A stretch of DNA of 45,732 bases, filler included, from Catajapyx aquilonaris (Eukaryota): assembly GCA_000934665.2 (NCBI GenBank). It is 2 parts of 2 records of this genome, joined end to end, with 100 filler letters (N's around TTAATTAATTAA, not from the genome) between each part and the next. Parts side by side here need not be neighbours in the genome. Positions count along the whole stretch, not along the records: positions 22,889 to 45,732 come from JYFJ02005828.1; 1 more part is not named here. One strand, written 5' to 3'. The translations under genes and the position numbers were made by a program. Numbering within the stretch: the first letter of the stretch is position 1; every line of letters begins with the position of its first letter. A model generated the notes under the pieces. The model was given only the letters and a program-made list of their open reading frames with translations. It did not search any database and was not told where the DNA came from. Of this stretch, positions 22,789 through 32,585 are shown piece by piece.

Positions 22789-22888
22789 NNNNNNNNNNNN
22801 NNNNNNNNNNNNNNNNNNNNNNNNNNNNNNNNTTAATTAATTAANNNNNNNNNNNNNNNNNNNNNNNNNNNNNNNNNNNNNNNNNNNN
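22789..22888. other. Artificial assembly spacer N44-TTAATTAATTAA-N44
   Basis: Exactly 100 nt and symmetric; the core gives stops in all six frames. Confidence 0.95.
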
Positions 22889-23868
22889 GGGGGGGAGAAA
22901 TGTAACATATCAACAAAATCAAAACATTAACACAGAGCTGCAACTCCTCCGAGTCCAAACATAGCAGAGGTGCTTCTCTTGTTTTTTGTAGTGCAATGTG
23001 GCAGGGTCTCTTGATACATACAGATAGGTCTTGTTTTACAACTTTTCATTTTACAATGTTTTTTGCTGGAACCTAACCCTGGACAAGGCCTATCTGTAGG
23101 CAAGAAAAAGCTGAGTTTCACTTTTAAATCCATTGTTACTAGGAACAACTCCATTAAAAATTATTGTCACAGAAATACCAATTCTTTGATACCTATACTT
23201 CCCCCTCCAATATATCTGTATAATACATAAAATCAACTACAGTACTTAAATTAAAAAATCATATCAGCAACTGGATGGCACACTATTGCAACAAGAATAT
23301 TACAAAGTATTCCGATATCATCTCCAGTATCCCACAACATACACAATAGAGCTGCAGTTCTTTCCTGTGAAGTGTACTTCACATTAAGAGCCACTAATAT
23401 GCAACATAATAAATCGGAAATAACTGTGGAATGTGTAATTACCGAGTTTTTATTCTTAACACATGCACTACACTCATTCCCAAAAGCCTCAAATAAAGAA
23501 TGACATCCACATCCAAGCCTAGTTCCCACCCCATCATGAAGTTGGTAGGAGACGGATGAGCACAATGAAAAGATGGAACATAAACGCAAGAATGTGACTC
23601 AATGGTACATGGAGTTTAGCAAGCATGCGTCTTAAAACCATGTACCTAGAAATACACTGCTGGTAAAGTGGCATCAAAATAAGACAGTACCATAAGGGCT
23701 GGAGTGTATGAAATTGTTTGGCATAAATTTCTCTAACCTTGTGGTAACAGGTTTCATTAACATATGCCAGAAAATGCAAATTACAAATTTAATTACTACT
23801 CCATGACCCTTCAATACTGCTCTGTAAGTACTGTTCATAAGACACAGTGTGTTTCTGACACCACAATA

Positions 23869-24162
23869 CAGGGTGATCAAACTTTTTTGTCGTTTTAGTT
23901 ATTGACAAATTCGGCCTAAGCTGCTTATATTGTAGCGCGTTACTTGGCAACTCCGTCCGATGGGCCAATTCAAACACGAGCATGTGGAGAGTGCTTCCAT
24001 TGTTGCCACTGTTTGCCAACAGTGGCAACAATGGAAGCACTCTCCATATGCTGATGTTTGAATTGGCCCGTCGGACGGAGTTGCCAGGTAACGCGCTACA
24101 ATATAAGCAGCTTAGGCCGAATTTGTCAATAACTAAAACGACAAAAAAGTTTGATCACCCTG
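23869..24162. mobile_element. Near-perfect palindromic mariner-type MITE
   Basis: TA|CAGGGTGATCAAACTTTTTTGTC ... GACAAAAAAGTTTGATCACCCTG|TA; a few mismatches only. Confidence 0.92.
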
Positions 24163-25192
24163 TATCTTCTAAGTGGGATGAGCCTGTGAGCCACACGTGT
24201 TTGTAAAGGCTGGTAACAGTGTGTACAACATGCTGGGGTTAAAAACTTTCTGGGCTTCCACCACTACTTGACCTACCCACATACAATTGAAATTCAGACA
24301 TTTTTGGGCATTGAGGGAGGCTTAATAAATCTCTAAAATATGAACAACATTTACCCACCCAGAAGGTCTAAATTAAATCAAATATCACAGAATACTGGAA
24401 TTTCCAAATGAGGTTCTTCATAATTTTCCTTTACAATGGACACGATTGATAGTATATCCAAAACCAAGTGGTTGATCTACCTAATTCACACAGGATTAAT
24501 CACTTGTTCTGGATTTCCTAATGATCATGCAACCAGACCTAAATGAGCACATGTAATTTGTTGGCTTCTCCACAGCAATTAAGGAGTCAACTCATATCGA
24601 ATTGAAACTACGACTTGTGCGTGTGATGGTGTGAATTTCCATGGCCTTGCTTGCATGAAGAAGAGAGCTGTTTCCATATCTGCGTGAGATTTCGACTTGT
24701 GCGTGCAAGTAAAACTTTTGCGTTTTCGAATCAATCAACCACATTGCGCTTGCGCACAGGGGAGGGTGCATGCACAATAGGACGTGCAGTACAACAATAT
24801 AACACTGCAAAAATCGAACAGCAAGTAGGGGGCGGGGCTTAAATATGGTTGACAAGGTCACAACCCACCTCCCAAAACGAATGAGTTATCTTGTCCCAAG
24901 AGTAGATCAAAGACGCATGCACATAGCACCAACAGACGCACGCGGTGAATGTCAACAAGAACCCCAATCACGTAGCAACGATGTTCCATCAAATTGTTGC
25001 ATATCGATCGACCTGGGGCAGATTGAAGCTGCATGCACAAGGGTGCCAACAGTTGCGTATGGTGAATGGCAACCACAGTCAACCACATGTCAACAAGAGG
25101 CCTACAAGCACGCAGAAACGGCTTTCCAACGCACTCAAAAGTCGCTTTCACACACACAAGGCGTAGTTTCAAGTCAATACGAGTTTACTCAT

Positions 25193-28100
25193 TTAGACCT
25201 GAGAATCAAGGTTCATGACAGACATTTGCTTGGCAACGCTGTTCATGTTCTCAGTCAACAATGCAGAGTAGAGTTGACCAAAGGTGCATTTTCTGGGCTT
25301 TCTCCCTTTCCACTCAAGAAGCATCTGGTATGCACACTCCCTGAATCCAGTGGATTTGTGAGCATGCTCTATGTTTTGCAGGATGCTCTCTTCCATTCCC
25401 AATGTTCTGCCAAGAGCACGCCAGTTGATGTTGTTCATATGGGAAGACAGGTTCCACAGGTGGGTGTCGTTTAATTTGCGGTTGTCATTTCTAAAATAGG
25501 ACAGGTGACAGATCAGTCTTAGTTAAGACAAATTAATTTGAATATTAAGGGGATCGGATACCCATGCCATTTTCCGACTGGCAGGCCAAGATTGGCAGTA
25601 ACACGGGTGCAGGGTTCTCTTTGCACCGCCGATGCGGGCGTCTCGCTGGAGGTACGAACATGAAATTTTCACAGAATGGCGAGAAAGGTCTATTATTTGA
25701 GCCTCACCGAAGGTTAGATCCATTCTGATAATAATTATGAGATCTACAAGGGGAGTTTTTGAAAAATTGCTCATGGCAGCTTGGCTCCGGATTCGAATTT
25801 GGGAGATATCTTGACAAGATTCAATGGCAAACATATTCCTCTCTCACTCCTCCACTGCATGATTTATTTGGGCTATTACTTTTTGCCCAGCTATTAAAAC
25901 CGTGACACCACCTCACCTCGTAATATCGGCAGGGAACTTTCGAACGTAGAACAGTTGGTTCCCTGTCCAGGTTGCCAGGGAACCTGTTAGGGCTAAATAA
26001 ATTTAAAAGCACCTGGGCGACAGGGAGTTCGCAAGTTCCCCGCCAATTTTACGAGGTGAGGTGGTGTCACGGTTTTAATAGCTGGGCAAAAACCAATAGC
26101 CCAAAATAAGAGAGGAATACTTTTGTAGTCGAATCTTGTCGCGATATCTCCCAAATTCGAATCCAGAGCCAAGCTGCCGTGAGCTGTTTTTCAAAAACTC
26201 CTACCCTTGTAGATTGCGTAATTATTATCCGAATGGATCTAAACTTCGGTGGAAGCTCATATGGACCTTCCTCGCCTTTTTGTGAAAATTTCAGATCTGT
26301 ACCTCAGGCAAGACGCCCGCATTGGTGGTGCACAAAGAATGCTGCGCCAGTGACTCTGACAAACTTCGCCTGCGAGTCAGAAAAATCGTGTAGGTATCCG
26401 GCCTTGTTTCATGAACACACGAAGAAAATCTCTTGTACATTGTGAATTCAAGTACATAACTGGATGTTCCCTAATTTGTGCTCACATGACTGGCCAGGTC
26501 ATGTACAAGAGCAAGAAAATAGATCATAGTAGATGAATTACCTTAAGGTTAATTAAGACAATTACAGCCAATTTTGTATCATGTGGAAGTGGAACTCCAT
26601 GGGAATGGTATCAAAGTCTATTCTGTGATAGCTTCCCATAATGCAATAATTCTCAAGCTTCACTAAAAAAGAGGACTCAGGCCCAGTTTCACCACTGCCT
26701 TAAACCGCCAATTTGTCAATAAAAATAACAGTTGGAAAAAATAACTAACACAATGCTTAAGGCACATGTGAAATTGGGCCCTACCAAGTTAAGATGCATT
26801 TACATGTGAGCAATTTTATAGAGCGATGTCATCGGCGAGAGGTGCATCGCTAAGTAACCTGAGTAACCAGTATTGTTTGAGCTTTGAGGATAAAAACCGA
26901 TTGTTACTTTCACTTCAAACATGTATACCAAAAATGACTGTATTCAAAGTGCTTATTCGTTCATCAGTAAATTCTGGGCCCCAAATTCACCCCCTGATTG
27001 AGTTTAATGCAAATATGTTACATGTACTTGCCCTGATCTGAAAATATTGGGACACCCCCAAAAAATGGAGTGGTGGGGTTATACACAGGATGTGATAAAA
27101 AGTTTCCATTAAGATTATCTGGACTTCAGAATGGATAATTATGAATAGTAACAATTGAGCTAGGAGGATACCAAATTTGAAGTTCATTTGACAGTTAACA
27201 ACTGAAATAAATACGATTATACCTTGGACAGTGAATTTCTGTGGGGTCTGGTAAAAATTGCTGCCACTATGTTAATTTCTTACTTAGCGGGATGTAAATG
27301 TTGATAATGAACCTGAGGGGCCGCACAAACCCAAAAACAGTTATGACATTAATTACAAAAAATCTAGCACAAAATTAAAAAATATTTATCGCAAGTGGAT
27401 TTTTCCAGAAATTGATACACTTGGCTGTACCACATTTAACGGTGTTATTTATTAATAAATTAAAATGTGATAGTATTGTTTATCTAGAACTCAGTCCAAT
27501 GTGCTATGATAAAAAATTTCATTGCAATTAAAGTAAAATGGCTTTAAATATTCCTTAATTCAAAAATGCACAAAAAATGGCATATCTGCAAGCCATGATA
27601 AATATTTTTTAATTTTGTGCTAGATTTTTTGTAATTAATGTCATAACTGTTTTTGGGTTTGTGCGGCCCCTCAGGTTCATTATCAACATTTACATCCCGC
27701 TAAGTAAGAAATTAACATAGTGGCAGCAATTTTTACCAGACCCCACAGAAATTCACTGTCCAAGGTATAATCGTATTTATTTCAGTTGTTAACTGTCAAA
27801 TGAACTTCAAATTTGGTATCCACCTAGCTCAATTGTTACTATTCATAATTATCCATTCTGAAGTCCAGATAATCTTAATGGAAACTTTTTATCACATCCT
27901 GTGTATAACCCCGCCACTCCATTTTTTGGGGGTGTCCCAATATTTTCAGATCAGAGCAAGTAACTTGGTTCAGTCCTCCTTGTGAGTTGGACTTTTCATG
28001 AAATATCACAGGATGTGCTTTTGACACTCACTTGTACTTCTCAGCTGATTGTACTGACAGGACCTCATGTGCATCTTCATCATCATTTGCATCCCCGACA

Positions 28101-30400
28101 TCTGATTCCTCAGAGCTGGATGAAACAGTCTCAGACACATCTGAGAATTGACGCCTTGGCTTCTTAGCTGATGATCCGCCGCTGCCCTTCTTGGATGGGT
28201 TAGGTCTCTTGCGACTTGACTGCTGTGAGGTTGAATCAGAATCATCATCTTCATTTCGTCCTCGACGCAACCACGATGGCCAAGGGGTTGGGAAGACTGG
28301 TGGTGAATTATTTACAGATTTCTTCCGTGAACCCCTTGATTCTTTGGATTCCTTCCCCGATGAGTTGTGAGATGATCTGGAATCCTGAGAAGAACCACCC
28401 AGCCCACTGTTGTTCCTCAATTGTATCTCACGACTTACAGCATACAAAGCTTGCACAAATTCATCAGGTGTGCCACCTCTCTGCTGGTAAAGTGTCAGTA
28501 TGGCCATGAATGGATCAGCAGCATGCTGCAACTTGTGCTTGATTTCACTGCGTGTGAAACCTATGTGGCGTGCAAATTTTCGCCAATTGTCCTCAGTAAT
28601 TAATGTACAGGCAAGCTCCTTAATGGGCACAGCTAACCATTCTTCTGAGACAACTGGAGGTGCTGTCAGCCCTTCTGCACCACTCTTGAAAAGATTGAAT
28701 TCAAAGAGTGGCTCATTACGACCAGCATTCAAAACTCTTTCAACAACAACCTTTCCAAATGTGCCTTTTTCAATCACATTATCCCCAATGTATCGACAAG
28801 CATATTGTTTCTCAAAGTCACGACCTCTGAAGTCCAATTCCTCCTTTGACAAACTGATTTCTTCTCCAACATCAACATCTGCTTCAAAAATCTTCGATTT
28901 CAGCTGTACAGAGATACGACCAGGTCGCACAAGCTTTGGTTTAGTGCTACTTCCAACCCTGTGCTTGTAGTTTGATTCAGGTAATTGCCGATCACTCCTA
29001 TAGCAAATAACCTCCAATGAAAATGTCTTTGCTGATTGGTTCTCTTCCATAAAAGCTTGACACATCATTGAAAATGAAATGTAGGGGTAAAAATAGGACA
29101 TTCCCATTTTCGCTTCATACAATGATGCTGTTAACACATCCCAGAGAACTTTAAAGAAGCTGAAATGCTGCACTGGAAAAGTAACAGTTGTCAGACCACA
29201 AGGAAATGATGAAAGAGTAAATGGTACTCCTTCAAGCTTCTCCCACACATCACCAGTTTCACTTTGCCATACACTCAAGCCTAGGGGAAGGCCAGTGGGA
29301 AGAGTGTCTGGGCTGTTAAAAAACCGGGTGAGAATTCCATTGTAATCTGGAACTGGAAGTTGAACTGTAACTGGAGTGTGAAAGTCACGGAACTGGTATC
29401 CATGTGGTGCCACCATCACTACAGGGGATGCTAATGCCTTTAGCCCAAGAGAGGCTCCAGGGCTAATATTCGTATCCCCCATCCACACGCGCACTGTCAC
29501 TTCCAAATCTTCCACAAGCACTCCTCTTGGGAAAGTCACCTCCACACCAGGAGCAGCAGCTACTCGCACGCAACCACCAACACGACAACGAACCCGTTTC
29601 GTAGCCTGGAGGCATGCCCATGGAGCTAATTGGGACCAAGTTGCATCTTCTGCGACTGCTGTAAACAGGCTGAAGTGACGTGTGGCTATCACCAAGAAGT
29701 GGCCCAATCGAAAGAAGTGTTCGGGTAAAAGCCTCTCCCATTTTGGCTGGCTGCCCTCTGGTGTGTCACTGCATAAACAGGTGAGTTGACCCATAAGATC
29801 AGCAGATTGCAAAGGCAAAAATATGTAAGCTGGTTGATTTTGATAAAACTCAACCCCATGTGGTTCAAGAGAGACAACAGGTGCCACATGCATCACTTCT
29901 GCTCCTGGGCCTCCTCTGGGCACGTACATAGGGTCACGCAAAATCCGTAAATGAAATTCAGGTCCACCAGAGAATGCCTGTGGTATCAGTACGAATACAT
30001 CACCATTTGTTAACAGCTGAGTAGGTCCAACACACTGAGTCAGTTCTGACATATGACGCCTCTCAGCATCAGATTCCCAGCCATCATCACTAGCAGCTGC
30101 ATCATCACAGTCTGAATCCCAACCAACTCGTGACAAGCAGCAATCAGAGTCCAGGTCACTCAAGTCTGCAGATGCTGTTCCATACTCAGAAGTGCTGAGC
30201 TGGTCACACTGAAGCTTCTTGTCATCATTAACAGCATTCTTTTGACTACGTGTGTAATATGGCATGGATGGCAGCTGCTGTGACCCATGGGATTTCTTCT
30301 GTTTTGGGAGAGGTGGAGCAGAGGAGAAGTTGAGCTGGGCCAGAAGACTACGTCTGGCATTTGGACGGAGCCTCACGAGACAAGACTCAGCGGATTTCAT
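25193..30400 (-). CDS. PIDD1-like ZU5-ZU5-UPA-death domain protein, no LRRs, with a second C-terminal death domain (2 coding exons, 888 aa from ATG 30400)
   Basis: Exons 30400-28032 (donor AA|GTGAGT, phase 2) and 25490-25193 (TTTTAG|A) join in frame (..EKYK-NDNRKLNDTHLWNLSSHMNNINWRALG..). ZU5-like blocks (VAPVVSLEPHGVEF; GVEVTFPRGVL..ASPVVMVAPHG), HFS motifs (TRHFSLF, VQHFSFF), DD1 (NWRKFARHIGF), DD2 (NWRALGRTLGM..AYQMLLEWK). Real start could be the second Met (MPYYTRSQK, 30265). Orthology to PIDD1 vs DTHD1 not established. Confidence 0.85.
25549..26403. mobile_element. Diverged palindromic MITE, possibly Kolobok-type
   Basis: TTAA|GGGGATCGGATAC left end, degenerate right end, about 400-bp inverted arms; lies in the intron of the PIDD-like gene. 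Confidence 0.7.
26680..26780. mobile_element. Small PIF/Harbinger-like MITE
   Basis: GGCCCAGTTTCAC ... GTGAAATTGGGCC; TSD not clean. Confidence 0.5.
27027..27960. mobile_element. Young palindromic TA-flanked MITE
   Basis: TA|CTTGCCCTGATCTGAAAATATTGGGACACCCC ... TCAGATCAGAGCAAG|TA; about 365-bp near-identical arms. Confidence 0.92.
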
Positions 30401-32292
30401 GATTGGTCACAATTTCATCAGGGAAAGAACTAATTGCATAGGACGAGAGTCTCATCACTGGTCTTCATCCAGGTGGAAGCCATATTGGAATCTTGAGATC
30501 CATTTCATGCACCTGTAAGAAAAACAATTCAGTATAGTTACCACTTACAATGGGAATCACCACTAGTGTCTGTATATTCCTGGTAAAATAGCAGAGACAC
30601 ACTCTCTGCTATTCTACTGAAGTACCTCATATATGTATCTGTCCAAGGAAATAATATTTATGCTGCTGGGGCATGTCAATAACAGGGCTAGTTGGAAGTG
30701 TTTTGGAGATGTTTTATAATTATTATGAATTAGTAACTTTCAGAGTTACCTTTCACGGCTATCAATAAGAGCAAGTGTTAACATGACGTGGAATGGAAAC
30801 GTAACTCAATTAACTAGTTGCCAAAACTATCATACATTACCCTGCATTTATGCAAGCACCCTAAGTTACCCCATTTGGGCTTCCACAGGGTTGGCTTGAA
30901 GTTAAGGCTCTGGAAGTGAGCTGACTTAAGAGGCTTACAGGATCCACATGAGAGAAACTCGGACCACTTGCTCAGAAACACTCTACACTGAGTCATTAAA
31001 AATAACCATTTGATAGATCCCAATCAATAAACAAGCCGAGATCTGTGGACATAATGATGAAGATTTGTCTTTTGTGCTCCACGATGAAACATATGATGTA
31101 ACTCTTAGTCAGTTGATCAATAGGCTAAACATTTCAAGACTACAGGTTGAACTCAGTTTTCCAGAAAGAAAGAGAGAGAGAGAAGAAAAAAAAAACCACC
31201 CGAATCTTTACAACGGTGATCTGCATGCAGTTTTTGTACATCTGTCCAATTGCACTATAATTTTTCATGTGTCCTGACTAGAGACTTAACTGGACTATTA
31301 TACAAGGATATTTCACACTACCTTACAATATGCAATACATTGTGGGAAAAGAGTAACACTGAACAAAACAGTTACATAGGCTGTCACGTCCATCATACCA
31401 CACAACACTGACATTTTACATGATCAAGGTACCCTAGGGTTGTAATACACATCATTGGTTATAATGGCAATTTCACGCTATTTTAGTGAGTCGGCAGGTG
31501 CTCAAAAAGCAATAGCTATGCACATTAAAAATGACACTGTGCAAAATTGAGGCAACATGTCAGCAATGTGTCCAGATGACCAGATGTGATGGGAGAGCAA
31601 TAGAGTGTGCATCATGAGAGGCATGCGTATGCTATTGAACCACAGAGAAAACCGGAGTCTCAGCTGGGGTGGACCGGTACCAACCTGCCTACTGGGTCAG
31701 CTGTTTCGGCCCTCTTCATGTGGGCCAAGGTCAGAACTCCAAATAATTGATTCCAACTGCTTATCCTTCTCCAAAGTGTCAGTCGGACGTGCCTGATCCG
31801 CCGCGATGCCGGTCGCCGGTAGGCCAGTGGTCTTCTTCACTCTCTCATCGACCGGCAGCAAGGGACAGAAAATTGACCTCCTCGTTAATCACTCGGTTGG
31901 GGGAAAGCTGCAGGTTCAGGATTATTTGCACATCACAGGACCAGGAAGGCATGGAGCTGGCAGTCCCTGTCGGCCAGTGAGCGTCCCTTTTCTGGCTACT
32001 CCCTCCTCGTCCTCCTCCCCCACCACCTCCACTCTGAGTCACCATTCATGGGTCCACCTGTCCTTGAAGCCGCCCCAAAATTCCTGACCTGCTCTGCAGC
32101 CTCCAAAACCGCGTCAACAGCCAACGGGACGATGCTATTTAATCACGATTAAAACGAAGCCACTTGTCCCGGTTGTTTTTGTTCGATTTTTTGTTTGTTG
32201 CTTTGTTTCGAAGCCATGCAATAGTTGGACCACACGGCCACGAGGGCGGCGCCACCATCTCACGCGCCATCTTTCATGCAGTGTGGCTGTAC

Positions 32293-32339
32293 CTTAGACC
32301 ATAATATACCATATATGGTATGGTATATATTGGTCTAAG
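32293..32339. mobile_element. 47-bp hAT-like micro-element
   Basis: CTTAGACCA ... TGGTCTAAG flanked by 8-bp GGCTGTAC duplications. Confidence 0.65.
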
Positions 32340-32585
32340 GGCTGTACCCTGGCTGTACCTAAGGGCTGTACAGTACTGTAACATAAGGCATACTGTACCA
32401 AGGCCGTCCGCGAGAATATACAACAACCTCTCTCTGGTTTACCCGGGTTTACCTGACAATCTGACATCGGGATCCGCTTCGGTGGCAGGCTATGGAATCT
32501 AGGGTGGTAGTACCTAACTGTAAAGTGTGGGCCTCATGGTTGAAACAATACGGTGCAAGTGAAGTAATTGTTTTACTTGGCCAAG

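Noticed and set aside
24845..25474. 209-aa plus-strand ORF
   Set aside because: Antisense to the DD2 exon and its 3' UTR; no recognisable motif.
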